The notes below the pieces were generated by a model. The model saw nothing but the letters and a program-made list of their open reading frames with translations. It was not told where the DNA came from and ran no database searches. Positions 18,441-28,165 of a DNA stretch of 64,000 nucleotides are shown here, in pieces. A program made the translations under genes and the position numbers. The DNA comes from Mogibacterium sp. (GTDB lineage Bacteria; Bacillota; Clostridia; Peptostreptococcales; Anaerovoracaceae). The stretch covers positions 152,286-216,285 of the forward strand of contig JAFRKO010000009.1 of the NCBI GenBank assembly GCA_017431685.1, read 5' to 3'. Every line of letters starts with the position of its first letter. Within the stretch, counting starts at the first letter, position 1.

Positions 18441-19712
18441 TTAATCTTTCAGGCATGTGACAGGAGCAACATACACTCCATCTTCACGTTTATATGCAAA
18501 CGGAGCCACTCCGCATAAAACCATCAGGAATGCCGGTTCATGCATTTTTTCTGTATCAATTCTGCCGGCCAGTTTCTTAAGGTTCTCAGCCCCCTCGTTG
18601 ATCAACTTGTCTCCGCCCAGTTTCACTTCAACCAAACCATATCTGCCGTTTCTCAAATGGATCACAGCATCACATTCAAGACCAGTTTTATCTCTGTAGT
18701 GATATATGCTGCCGTCCAAGGCATCAGCATATATCCTTAGATCTCTGACACACAGGTTTTCAAATATCAAGCCCATCAATTCCAGGTCATTGATCAGATC
18801 CATAGGCCCGATACCAAGTGCTGCGGTCGCCACAGACGGATCAACAAAATATCTTGTATCCGATGTGCGGATCGCTGTCTTTGAACGCAGATTTGGATTC
18901 CACGCCGGAGAGTCTTCGATGACAAAAATCCTCTTCAGAGCATTCAAATAGCTATAAAGGGTTTCCTTGTCAAAAGTTTCTATATCATTACTTATCACAT
19001 CTGTTCGGATGGTTTCCAGAGAGACCTGCGTCGAAACATTTCTGGCATACGATCTCATGACGTGCTTTGTTCTCTCAGGATCCCGTTTCACGCCATCTAC
19101 TCTGGAAACATCGTCATTTATGACTGCATCATAATAATCAAAGGCTTGCCTTAAAGCGACTTTCTCTGAATGATTCAACGCTGCAGGCCACCCTCCCCGG
19201 CAAATCATGAAAGCAATATCCTCAATACTGTGATTGTCTATTGCAGATATATCTCCTCTGTCAAACAGATCCCTTAGTGATACTTGTCCACTGGAATCTC
19301 TGGATTCATACAAAGACATCGGTCTCATACGCATGCGAACGATCCGTCCTGTTCCCGTGTGCATACTTTCATCCAACTTGGCCGGAACGGAAGAACCGGT
19401 AAGAATGAATTGACCAAATTCACCTCTTCGGTCCACCTCATACCGCACTGCATTCCAGATATTCGTTGCAATTTGCCACTCATCAATCAAGTGTGGGACT
19501 TCACCTTCAAGAAGATTTGATGGCTTTATTCTTGCCATTTGTTGATATTGCCCTGTCATATCCGGACGGTCCATTTCTATGACGCTCTTTGCAATATGCT
19601 TTGCCGAGGTAGTTTTGCCGCACCATTTAGCTCCTTCGATCAATACCGCCCCTTTAGACTCTAAATGTTCCAGCAAGACCTTATCCGAAACTCTTTTATA
19701 GTATTCTTTCAC
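18441..19712 (-). CDS. AAA-family ATPase with a DUF4143-type C-terminal domain
   Basis: Walker A GAKWCGKTT. GTG start with an AAGGAG SD. Typical length and pattern for this family. Confidence 0.8.
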   Translation of the reverse strand: MKEYYKRVSDKVLLEHLESKGAVLIEGAKWCGKTTSAKHIAKSVIEMDRPDMTGQYQQMARIKPSNLLEGEVPHLIDEWQIATNIWNAVRYEVDRRGEFGQFILTGSSVPAKLDESMHTGTGRIVRMRMRPMSLYESRDSSGQVSLRDLFDRGDISAIDNHSIEDIAFMICRGGWPAALNHSEKVALRQAFDYYDAVINDDVSRVDGVKRDPERTKHVMRSYARNVSTQVSLETIRTDVISNDIETFDKETLYSYLNALKRIFVIEDSPAWNPNLRSKTAIRTSDTRYFVDPSVATAALGIGPMDLINDLELMGLIFENLCVRDLRIYADALDGSIYHYRDKTGLECDAVIHLRNGRYGLVEVKLGGDKLINEGAENLKKLAGRIDTEKMHEPAFLMVLCGVAPFAYKREDGVYVAPVTCLKD

Positions 19713-19781
19713 TTATAATCTCCTTATATCATGTATAAGTCGAGTATATGGATTATATTAAACCGACTATTTGGCTTCATT

Positions 19782-19901
19782 TTATCCGAGTATATGGACA
19801 TTGTCAACAACTTGAGGCAACGATATTATTCTGGTCTTATTGTCGTTGTAACAGATGTGCTCCTTTTCAAGGTTCTCCTTTGTCACTCTGATATATTCCA
19901 T
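19782..19901 (-). pseudogene. 5' remnant of a GNAT/YoaP-like gene (paralog of 8013-8759)
   Basis: Encodes MEYIRVTKENLEKEHIC, compared with MEYIRVTKDNLEKEHIC at 8759. It then diverges and stops after 39 codons. Confidence 0.55.
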
Positions 19902-20538
19902 AAGTTTAACGCCTCCTTATCGGATGACGGATCACTGTCTTTAACTTCTCAGGTGCAACTTTTCTGGCATCACTCAGATAGATCTCGTGATGATACCGCT
20001 GATCAGTGATATCAAGAATATAACCCTGTTCATCCATGAAGCGGTGCATCGCTTCTACCGTAGCAGGCTCATCATCATACGATCCAATATGCATGCACTG
20101 AACACACAGGCCTTCATCATATTTGAATAATTCCACCTTTGAAAAATCCTGCTTCTTCTTTGTTGTTGCTTCTCTGACAGCCCAGTCAAAATCTTCTTTC
20201 GCTACAAAGTCAGGCAGGCGGATGACGGATATCCATTGGAAAGAATCCTTATTCGCATAATCCACTCCGACCACTCCATCCTGCCACCAGAATCCTTCCA
20301 GCGGCGGCACTACATAATCAAAGTAGCCATCAATCTGATGATTACCCTTCTTACTCATCTTGATCGTATAAGCAATACCATACAGAAGGCCTATAGCCTG
20401 TTTGTATTCTCCATCTTCATCATTTGGATTTCCACTGCCCCTAACCGCAATATAATTCATCTTCGGAACGGTCACGATGGAAGGCGTTCCTTTCGGCAAA
20501 TAGAACTCTTTATATTCTTTCTTGAAATCAAATGCCAT
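19846..20538. repeat. diverged segmental duplicate, copy B
   Basis: See copy A at 8712-9402. Confidence 0.7.
19906..20538 (-). CDS. GyrI-like small-molecule-binding domain protein (paralog B)
   Basis: About 90 percent aa identity to the ORF at 8764-9402. Confidence 0.85.
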   Translation of the reverse strand: MAFDFKKEYKEFYLPKGTPSIVTVPKMNYIAVRGSGNPNDEDGEYKQAIGLLYGIAYTIKMSKKGNHQIDGYFDYVVPPLEGFWWQDGVVGVDYANKDSFQWISVIRLPDFVAKEDFDWAVREATTKKKQDFSKVELFKYDEGLCVQCMHIGSYDDEPATVEAMHRFMDEQGYILDITDQRYHHEIYLSDARKVAPEKLKTVIRHPIRRR

Positions 20539-20578
20539 GCCCTTTTCTCCACTTCATAATAAATATCCCAGATGTACA

Positions 20579-21079
20579 TCAAATGGTTCCTTCTCTATAA
20601 TCGGCCAGTTTCTTAACTTCACAACCCTTATCAGCATAATACGTAAACATTGCATCCAGCTTTTTCAGATCATAACTCGTTACACAATCAGATATCACGT
20701 GTACTTTGTATCCTGTCCTAGCCAGATTGTAGCTTGTTGATTTGACACAGGCCTTTGCATCGGCACCGGTGATGTAAAACTCTTCTATATCATTTTTCTC
20801 TATAAACCCGGCAAACGCTTCACTCGTAAGCGCACTGGCTTTGGACTTTTCAAAAACATTATCTGTAACGACATTAAGTTCCGGAACCAGTTCAGCACCT
20901 TTGGTTCCCGGCTTAAATGTTCTTGTTTTTTCGGACAGATTGTAGTGCTTGATATAGATGATATGCATTTCATTTGCTGCTGCCCAGTCGATTGCTTCAT
21001 TAACCTGTCCAATGATCTTTTTATAATTCTTCGTAATATCATTCTGAAGGTCTATCACAATCAACGCTATATTTTTCAT
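20579..21079 (-). CDS. isochorismatase-family cysteine hydrolase
   Basis: IALIVIDLQND start and ITGADAKACV catalytic Cys region. ATGA overlap with the upstream WYL gene. Confidence 0.85.
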   Translation of the reverse strand: MKNIALIVIDLQNDITKNYKKIIGQVNEAIDWAAANEMHIIYIKHYNLSEKTRTFKPGTKGAELVPELNVVTDNVFEKSKASALTSEAFAGFIEKNDIEEFYITGADAKACVKSTSYNLARTGYKVHVISDCVTSYDLKKLDAMFTYYADKGCEVKKLADYREGTI

Positions 21080-21993
21080 TTCTGATCTCCTTCATACCTT
21101 CTTGCTATCTCAGAGGTGATCTGATAAAGCCTTTCCCTGATCCTCTCCGGTTCCAGGACAGTCACCTTATCCCTGCATGAAAGCATCCAGGCAAGCAGCC
21201 CTTCATCATCAGCATATTCATGTTCAAACAACAGGCTTCCATCATCCATTTCCGTAAATGAATCTACACCATACTCTTCAACAAGCTGCCATTTCATTGA
21301 AGAATCAAACATTGCCTTCACTCTGTCTTTTGCAGGAAAGACCTTTTTGTCCGACAGATCCGGCATCGTAACTTCCCAATTCCCTTCAAAGGACGCTGCA
21401 TGAGCGATTCTATCCATCCGGTTCAGCTTAAACAGTCTGAAATCGTTCCTCAAAAGGCAATAGCCGTAGACATACCAGCTTGTCCATTTGAAGATAAGAT
21501 AATATGGTTCAATTTCTCTTTCTGTATCTCCTTCAGGTGAATAGTACTGAAACCTGATGGTCTTCTTTAACTCGATTGCATCCTGTATGATCTCTATCTT
21601 CGGAGCCAGTGAATCCCGATACCATGAAGACAGATCGATCAGCATAGAGTCTCTGCCACTGATAACAGCTGATGATCCGGTTTTGATCTTCTCCATCAGC
21701 TGTCCATAATAGCTGCTTCCACTTACACTGTCCAGGCTGCGAAGCCCGGCGAGTATCATCTGCATATCCTTTGATGTCAGGATCGTCCTGTCCATACGGT
21801 ATCCATCCATAATGCTGATACCACCGCCGGCACCTTGCACAGTCATTATGGGGATCCCTGCCTTGCAGAGATCTTCGATATCCCGGTTTATTGTTCTTCG
21901 GGATACCTCAAACCGCTCTGCCAGCTCAGGAGCCGTTGTCTTTTCTTCCTGCAGCAGGATTGACAATATCCCTATCAGTCTGTCTATCTTCAT
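21076..21993 (-). CDS. YafY-family transcriptional regulator (HTH-WYL-WCX)
   Basis: MKIDRLIGILSILLQEEKTTAPELAERFEVSRRTINRDI HTH, followed by WYL and C-terminal domains. Confidence 0.9.
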   Translation of the reverse strand: MKIDRLIGILSILLQEEKTTAPELAERFEVSRRTINRDIEDLCKAGIPIMTVQGAGGGISIMDGYRMDRTILTSKDMQMILAGLRSLDSVSGSSYYGQLMEKIKTGSSAVISGRDSMLIDLSSWYRDSLAPKIEIIQDAIELKKTIRFQYYSPEGDTEREIEPYYLIFKWTSWYVYGYCLLRNDFRLFKLNRMDRIAHAASFEGNWEVTMPDLSDKKVFPAKDRVKAMFDSSMKWQLVEEYGVDSFTEMDDGSLLFEHEYADDEGLLAWMLSCRDKVTVLEPERIRERLYQITSEIARRYEGDQK

Positions 21994-22071
21994 AAACTCA
22001 TTCTCCGCCAGTATCTTATCAAGCCAAACACGTCATCTGTATGTCATGTTTATTTTGCCAGTTTCTGAAAG

Positions 22072-22119
22072 TATTCTCAAACAAAATCAGCTGACAAAAT
22101 ACAATTTTCGTCAGCTGAT
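22072..22119. terminator. bidirectional hairpin terminator downstream of the recombinase gene
   Basis: Perfect 10-bp stem ATCAGCTGAC/GTCAGCTGAT with T-rich tracts on both strands. Confidence 0.6.
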
Positions 22120-22175
22120 CATTTATTGTATTCTTCCGACGTATAAGCTGTTTTGAACAGCAATGGTTTCAACGG

Positions 22176-23846
22176 TTACATTGTTTTCTTCAATAGGCTG
22201 CAGCTTTCAAGCATTGTTTCATTATCCAAGGGCAATTCACGCACTTCCTTACCGTCCATAGGAATTGGGAATTTGAAAATTATGTTTCTGATCCAGCAAC
22301 CGTTGGACGGTCTCTCAGGGTATATGTCGATCCGTTCAATGAATGTCTGCATGAACTGCTTTTGTTCCAATTCTGAAAAAGATTCATACAGTGTATCAAA
22401 GGCCATAAGCATTCGGAAGATGTTCTCACTGGAAATCTTTTCCTGTCTCAGAGCATGCAATTGATCTGCTATCTCGTCGCGCTGTATATCTATTTCTTCA
22501 ATCTTATCATATTGTGCATCATAGCGACGCTGAAGATCGCTCATTTTCCTGTCATAATGCGGATCATCCGGATCCATTTCGTCCATCTGGCGTTCCAGGC
22601 GCATCTTTGTTCCTTCGGCTTTCCTCAGTTGAGCATCGATCTGCTGCAGCTGGTTCTCTATCTCTGAAGTGTCTATCGCAATTCCAATTTTCTCCTTAAT
22701 CGCATCGATGAACTCCTTGCGTTTTGTCATTGCTGAGATTATTGCCGCGACCTGAGCGTTAATCTCTGATTGCTCAATATTAGTCCGGAATTCACACTTA
22801 TGTCCGGTCGCTTTTACAGGATTTTTACAATAATAGTAATAACGCGTTTTCTTGTCCCTGGAGTGAGCTCTCATAACATTTCCGTAAAGGTTTCTGCCGC
22901 AGCATGGACATTTAAGCAATCCTGATAGTACGTGAGCATGATTAGGGTCAGTTACCTTTTCACGCTTATACCCAGTCTTCTTTCTTTTGGCTTGTGCCAG
23001 CTCCCAATCCTCCTCGGAGACTATAGCATCATGCAATCCATCATAGACTGCGTATTCTGACTGTTCTACTACATGTGTTTCATTACGTGTTCCGATTTTC
23101 TTCTCTGTCTTGCGTCTTCCATAAGCTATCTTTCCCGCATATACAGGATTATCAAGCACGCGCTTTACAAAACTTGTTGAGAACCCCGTAGTGCTGTTGT
23201 TTTGCCTCAACTTCTTTGTAAATCCGTGTCTGTTAAGATATTGTGCAACTCCACGAAGTCCTTCGTTGGTATGTATATACCGATCAAAGATCGTTCGTAT
23301 CACTTCGACCTCATCTTCAGCAATAAAGAGTTCTCCGTTTACAAGCTTATATCCATATGGTGCAAAGCCACCATTCCAATGACCTTCTCTCGCCTTCTGC
23401 TCACGTCCGGCCATCGTCTGTGCACGTATGTTTTCACGTTCGATCTCTGCAACCGCAGACAGGACAGAAATCATAAGTTTTCCGGAATCCTTGGAACTGT
23501 CTATCCCGTCATCCACGCATATAAGATTTACACCATAATCCTGCATAGTCTGAAGCGAATTGAGGACATCAGCAGCATTTCTGCCGAAACGAGACAGCTT
23601 GAAAACCAGGACATATGATACGCCGTCCTTGCCGATGATTATGTCATTCATCATACGTTGGAATTCTTGTCGGTTTTTGATATTCTTTCCGGATATGCCT
23701 TCGTCAGAATACTCACCGGCAATAGTCATGCCTTCGTAATCAGCATATTTGCGCAGCTTTTCACGCTGCGCATCTAGGCTATAACCCTCCACCTGCATAG
23801 ATGTGGATACGCGAGTGTAGATATAACATTTGATCTGTTTTTTCAC
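22176..23846 (-). CDS. large serine recombinase (resolvase domain, recombinase domain, zinc ribbon, coiled coil)
   Basis: YIYTRVSTSMQ catalytic Ser motif and LLKCPCCG zinc ribbon. GTG start with an AAGGAG SD. Confidence 0.95.
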   Translation of the reverse strand: MKKQIKCYIYTRVSTSMQVEGYSLDAQREKLRKYADYEGMTIAGEYSDEGISGKNIKNRQEFQRMMNDIIIGKDGVSYVLVFKLSRFGRNAADVLNSLQTMQDYGVNLICVDDGIDSSKDSGKLMISVLSAVAEIERENIRAQTMAGREQKAREGHWNGGFAPYGYKLVNGELFIAEDEVEVIRTIFDRYIHTNEGLRGVAQYLNRHGFTKKLRQNNSTTGFSTSFVKRVLDNPVYAGKIAYGRRKTEKKIGTRNETHVVEQSEYAVYDGLHDAIVSEEDWELAQAKRKKTGYKREKVTDPNHAHVLSGLLKCPCCGRNLYGNVMRAHSRDKKTRYYYYCKNPVKATGHKCEFRTNIEQSEINAQVAAIISAMTKRKEFIDAIKEKIGIAIDTSEIENQLQQIDAQLRKAEGTKMRLERQMDEMDPDDPHYDRKMSDLQRRYDAQYDKIEEIDIQRDEIADQLHALRQEKISSENIFRMLMAFDTLYESFSELEQKQFMQTFIERIDIYPERPSNGCWIRNIIFKFPIPMDGKEVRELPLDNETMLESCSLLKKTM

Positions 23847-23867
23847 ATTTTTCTCCTTCTGAGATCA

Positions 23868-24872
23868 CTATTTCAGCACCAGAGGCGGATTGGCCAGTAG
23901 TTCCTTAATCATATCCGAATAGCCGGATATATCCATTATTTGTGTGATCGTTGTGATTTTTTTACCGGCGTCCTTACTGGAAGCTCCGCAATGGTAGATT
24001 TTCATATCTTTCGTATTATGATCGAGGATTATGTAACGGTCATGTACTTTATTTGCAGTTGTGATAAATGATATGCTCCGGCCGGGATACTCCATCTCGA
24101 AATCATGATATTCTGTCAGCCTCAATGGTCTCGAGCCTTTGTTGTCACTGATGACCGTCAGTTTGACTGCAGCCTTGGAATGTGTCAGGTGCTGAAGTGT
24201 CTTTGAATCAATATAGTCATCAATGACCGCAAGCTTGCGCTTTGCCTTGCGATAGATCTTCTGATAAGCAAGGACTGCCTTAAATGGCTCACCGTTCAAA
24301 ATCATAATCTCATCGTGTTCTATTCCGGTATCAAAGAGTTTCATGAAATCAGTAAGGTCAGCTTTTGTGACCATGTTATCCTTGATTTCCTCTACATCTG
24401 CAGTATTTCTGTTCACCTGACTCGCCAGAGAAAGAAAATCCCTCTGTGTAATCATGAGTTGCTGGTTCTCGATGATGTAATCCTTCATGGCTTTAAATGC
24501 CATAATTAGTGCCCGGCTCTGTTTGACAGCCAGGTCGCCGCGCAGTACAGTCATAAGCATATATATGCCTTGCTCTGTAAAAGCATATGGCAGATATCTT
24601 GAGCCTCCCCAACTTGAGGTGAAAATATTGCACCTCAAGATTTCCTGATACTCTTCTCTCGTCAAGCGAAACATAAATTCATCGCCTTCAAATTTTTCAA
24701 TATTGTTTTTAACTTGACGGTTAAAGTTTTTCGTTTCATACCCGTAAATCTCAGCGAGCTCAAAATCCAGCATTACCTGCTGCCCGCGTATCATATAAAT
24801 CTTATCCCGAAGCGATCGCTCATCGATAATCATTATTTCGTTTTTCTCTTCCATGGTTAACATACCTACCAT
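23868..24872 (-). CDS. ORF6N (KilA-N-like) DNA-binding domain protein with an extra C-terminal domain
   Basis: IRGQQVMLDFELAEIYGYETKNFNRQVKNNIEKFEGDEFMFRLT is the ORF6N signature. The C-terminal ~160 aa carry VHDRYIILD...GASSKDAGKK. The start may instead be the ATG at 24854. Confidence 0.75.
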   Translation of the reverse strand: MVGMLTMEEKNEIMIIDERSLRDKIYMIRGQQVMLDFELAEIYGYETKNFNRQVKNNIEKFEGDEFMFRLTREEYQEILRCNIFTSSWGGSRYLPYAFTEQGIYMLMTVLRGDLAVKQSRALIMAFKAMKDYIIENQQLMITQRDFLSLASQVNRNTADVEEIKDNMVTKADLTDFMKLFDTGIEHDEIMILNGEPFKAVLAYQKIYRKAKRKLAVIDDYIDSKTLQHLTHSKAAVKLTVISDNKGSRPLRLTEYHDFEMEYPGRSISFITTANKVHDRYIILDHNTKDMKIYHCGASSKDAGKKITTITQIMDISGYSDMIKELLANPPLVLK

Positions 24873-24944
24873 TCCATCGGTATTCAGTACCGGAATTACA
24901 ATACACAGTCATTTAAGAATTCCGGATAAAAACCAAAAGAATCA

Positions 24945-25175
24945 TTATTTATTATCTGTATCAGTATTCTTCTTCATCTCTTCCATCATAATGTAGTACT
25001 CCAGCAACCGAAGTACGTACTTGGGAGCATGTCGGTTGTCACGCTCCCACTCAGTCACAGTCCGGTACGGAATCTGGAAGTAGTCACAGAATTCTTTGCG
25101 ATTCATACCGGTGCTCTCTCGGAGTTCTATGATCTTTTGTCTGCAGTCAGTGATTTCTTTATTCAGTATTTCCAT
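24945..25175 (-). CDS. XRE-type helix-turn-helix regulator
   Basis: GMNRKEFCDYFQIPYRTVTEWERDNRHAPKYVLRLLEY. The ATG at 25175 has an AGGAG SD. Confidence 0.75.
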   Translation of the reverse strand: MEILNKEITDCRQKIIELRESTGMNRKEFCDYFQIPYRTVTEWERDNRHAPKYVLRLLEYYIMMEEMKKNTDTDNK

Positions 25176-25286
25176 TCTCTTGCTCCTAAAACTCAATTAT
25201 ACACATTGTGTATATTGTATCACGCAAGCACGATTGACGCAATGTGTAAACACCCTTCAGCATCTGCTGATACAGAGTCTTTCTGA

Positions 25287-25646
25287 TTATGCGGCCCGAT
25301 TTTCAACAATAATCCATGGAGCCTTCCCGCTGTCCTGTATGTTTGCATAGACAACATAGTCAACTTTTCCAAAAAGCTTTTTCCTCATATTGTCAAGCTT
25401 TTCCAAAACTTCCGGTGCATGCTTTATTACAAGTTCCGCCATTAGGCTTGTCCACCTGTCAAACGCCAGATTATACTCTTCATTCTCGTAATACTTTTTC
25501 AACTCCTCACCTTCTCCCGTATTTGTCACAGTGTTTTTCCTGATAGGTCCCACAGTTATAACTTCTGAACTCAGGATAATCTGTCTGTTCTTCAAAGACA
25601 TTGTGTCGGGATTGAGCGGGAATTGAGCAGAAATGACTGAATACAA
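25287..25646 (-). CDS. hypothetical protein (119 aa)
   Basis: An ORF on the same strand as the regulator and recombinase genes. There is no convincing SD at either candidate start (TTG 25646, ATG 25601). No family recognised. Confidence 0.4.
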   Translation of the reverse strand: MYSVISAQFPLNPDTMSLKNRQIILSSEVITVGPIRKNTVTNTGEGEELKKYYENEEYNLAFDRWTSLMAELVIKHAPEVLEKLDNMRKKLFGKVDYVVYANIQDSGKAPWIIVENRAA

Positions 25647-25695
25647 ATACCAAGTTTTACATATTCAGATAACGAGAGCTCCTGCTTCATTGTCA

Positions 25696-25725
25696 TTGAC
25701 AAACATATGTTCTTTTCTGTATACT
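25696..25725 (+). promoter_or_regulatory. sigma-70-type promoter of the STAND gene, overlapping a divergent minus-strand promoter
   Basis: TTGACA (25696-25701), 18 nt, TATACT (25720-25725). The AACATATGTT palindrome (25702-25711) lies in the spacer. On the minus strand there is TTGATT-17 nt-TAGTAT preceded by TG. Confidence 0.5.
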
Positions 25726-25751
25726 AACATCACCTCAATTAGCAATCAAGT

Positions 25752-28106
25752 GTGGTCTGTATGATAAAGATGAACCGTTGTGATTTTTCTTCGATAATGA
25801 ATATCATCCGCCGCTATGTAAGTGACGATTACGAGATGGGACAGCTTGATCTTGTTGATCTTCTGTTTGCTAGTTTTTGCATGAGTGATATTGCCGAAGA
25901 TTTTGCTTTTGACAACGGTCAGGTCTGCCGATGGATGAACGGTCAGGCAAGGATCAGCCCTAAGATATCCGGATACTATGCAACAGCAATACATCAGAAG
26001 CAGCTTGCAGAAGATATCGAGAACGATCTGATCCCAATACTTACGGACAGCAGCATGGCTTGTAAAGAGATATATGATCTTGTTACACAGGATGCTTCCA
26101 TATCATGGAGAAAGAAAAGGCAGCTGGCCAAAGAATGCCCTCCCCCTGAGGACAAAGCCGAAGCTTTGTTCATAGCTTCTATACTTTGCTTTGGAATGGG
26201 TAGGGAATTTGTTAAGAGACCTTCCAATGCAAAGGCTCTGCCTACTAGTGGCATTACCTCTCCTGTTATATCCGAGCATATATTCGGAGCTGATGTTCCC
26301 CGCCCATGTCGCCATTTTTGCGGGCGTGAGGAAGAGATATCGGAACTACATGATCTCCTTGTAAATAATCAGAAAGTATTTATCACCGGGATGCCGGGCA
26401 TCGGCAAGAGTGAACTTGCAAAGGCATATGCCAAAGCGCATAGGACCGACTATACAAACATCATATACATCACATATTCTGGAGATCTTCGCAAGGATAT
26501 CGCAGATATTGATTTCGCTGACGATCCGCTTTTGGAAAGCGATCAGGAACGCTTTATCAATCACGACAGATTTCTCTGTACTCTCAGGGAAGACTCCCTT
26601 CTGATCATTGATAACTTCAACACAACAGCAGCTGCTGAAAGGACTCTTCGCAGTATAAAGCGATACAGTTGCAGGGTGCTTTTTACTTCTCGCAGCCGCT
26701 GGAGTCATTATCCTTCTTTGGGACTTACCGAGATCAGAGATATGAGTAGTCTGCTTAGTCTTACCGGCAGTCTTTATTCCGAACTTGGCGATAATGAAAG
26801 TACAGTCATAGAAATAATAGAAACAGTCCACCGTCACACTTTGGCAGTGGAGCTTGCTGCAAGGCTGCTTGAAAACGGGATACTGACTCCTGAGGAACTG
26901 CTGCACAGATTCGAAACAGAAAAGGCAGCTATGAGTGTCTCAGACAAAGTCAATGTGAGCAAGGACGGGCACACGAAAAAACAGACATATTATGCTCACA
27001 TACACCTACTGTTTTCGCTGTACAAACTATCAGATGAAGAACAGGAGATAATGCGCAGCATGACTTTCGTTCCAATCACGGGCATATCTCGCAGGCTGCT
27101 TGCAAAATGGTTATTGCTGCAGGATATGAATGTCATCAATGATCTTGTAGAGACAGGCTTTATACTTCCAAAGCCAGGACACTCCATCGCACTGCATCCG
27201 ATGGTGCAGGAAGTTGCTCTGGCAGACCTTAAGCCATCCATTACAAATTGCAGTACACTATTTGACAGTCTTCACGGCATCTGCATACTGCACGGGATAG
27301 ATGTCCCTTGGTACAGAATGCTCTTCCATGTCATAGAACAGATCGTTCTTCTTATAGATAATGATGATGTACCTTCTTATCTATGTTTTATTGAGGACGC
27401 TGTACAGTATATGGACAATTATATGTATGTCAGCGGCATTAAAGTTCTTCAGGAGCGGCTCCGTCAGCTTCTGAAGGATCCGTCGGTAGGCACAGATATT
27501 GACCGTGCTCTTTTTCTCAATAATCAGGCATATCTTGAGACTGATCCGAAGAAGATGATCCCGCTTTATAAAAAAGCCTTAAAGCTTTTGCCTGAGGTCA
27601 ATATGGATACCGCATTGCTTGTCTCCAACCTGCATGCTAACGCCGGCAATATGTATCGTATCACTGGCAACTATTCTCCTGCAAAGGAGCATATGGATGC
27701 TGCGCTGCATATTCTTAAAGAGTACGAGCTGGATAACAGGCATGATGCTATCATCCAGTTCGTCAATTATGGCCTTCTGCTGAAGGATCTCTGCCGCTAT
27801 GATGAAGCATTGAAGTTCCTATTGAAAGCTAAAGAAATCGCTGCCTTTAATATGGGGCAGGAATCATCTGATTATGCAAGGATACAGGAAGCTATTGGCG
27901 TTGTATTTCTTGAAAGCGGTAACGTAAATGAGGGTGCTGAGCATCTTAAGCAGGCAGCTCAGACATACGAGACACTGTATGAAGGCGATGAAGAATTGAT
28001 ACAGTCAAAATACCAGCAGTTCAGGTCATACTATATAGATGCAGGTATTGTTATCGGAAAGCATCTTCGCAATGCAGAACCTCAGCAATCATTATCTGGT
28101 AATTGA
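25752..28106 (+). CDS. NB-ARC/STAND P-loop NTPase with C-terminal TPR repeats and an unassigned ~190-aa N-terminal region
   Basis: Walker A GMPGIGKS, Walker B LLIIDNF, VLFTSRSR, and an HTLAVELAA helix. C-terminal TPR-like repeats. The start is uncertain (GTG 25752, ATG 25761 or ATG 25770). Confidence 0.85.
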   Translation: MVCMIKMNRCDFSSIMNIIRRYVSDDYEMGQLDLVDLLFASFCMSDIAEDFAFDNGQVCRWMNGQARISPKISGYYATAIHQKQLAEDIENDLIPILTDSSMACKEIYDLVTQDASISWRKKRQLAKECPPPEDKAEALFIASILCFGMGREFVKRPSNAKALPTSGITSPVISEHIFGADVPRPCRHFCGREEEISELHDLLVNNQKVFITGMPGIGKSELAKAYAKAHRTDYTNIIYITYSGDLRKDIADIDFADDPLLESDQERFINHDRFLCTLREDSLLIIDNFNTTAAAERTLRSIKRYSCRVLFTSRSRWSHYPSLGLTEIRDMSSLLSLTGSLYSELGDNESTVIEIIETVHRHTLAVELAARLLENGILTPEELLHRFETEKAAMSVSDKVNVSKDGHTKKQTYYAHIHLLFSLYKLSDEEQEIMRSMTFVPITGISRRLLAKWLLLQDMNVINDLVETGFILPKPGHSIALHPMVQEVALADLKPSITNCSTLFDSLHGICILHGIDVPWYRMLFHVIEQIVLLIDNDDVPSYLCFIEDAVQYMDNYMYVSGIKVLQERLRQLLKDPSVGTDIDRALFLNNQAYLETDPKKMIPLYKKALKLLPEVNMDTALLVSNLHANAGNMYRITGNYSPAKEHMDAALHILKEYELDNRHDAIIQFVNYGLLLKDLCRYDEALKFLLKAKEIAAFNMGQESSDYARIQEAIGVVFLESGNVNEGAEHLKQAAQTYETLYEGDEELIQSKYQQFRSYYIDAGIVIGKHLRNAEPQQSLSGN

Positions 28107-28165
28107 ACTAAATATATTCATTTCATAGTCTGATAAGTATAACAGATTATGTGTATTCCTCCGTA

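Noticed and set aside
21994-22175. Search for attL/attR direct repeats of the mobile element (also examined at 33224-33288)
   Set aside because: No convincing shared core or imperfect inverted repeats were found by eye. Serine-recombinase crossover sites can be as short as 2 bp, so boundaries are left approximate.
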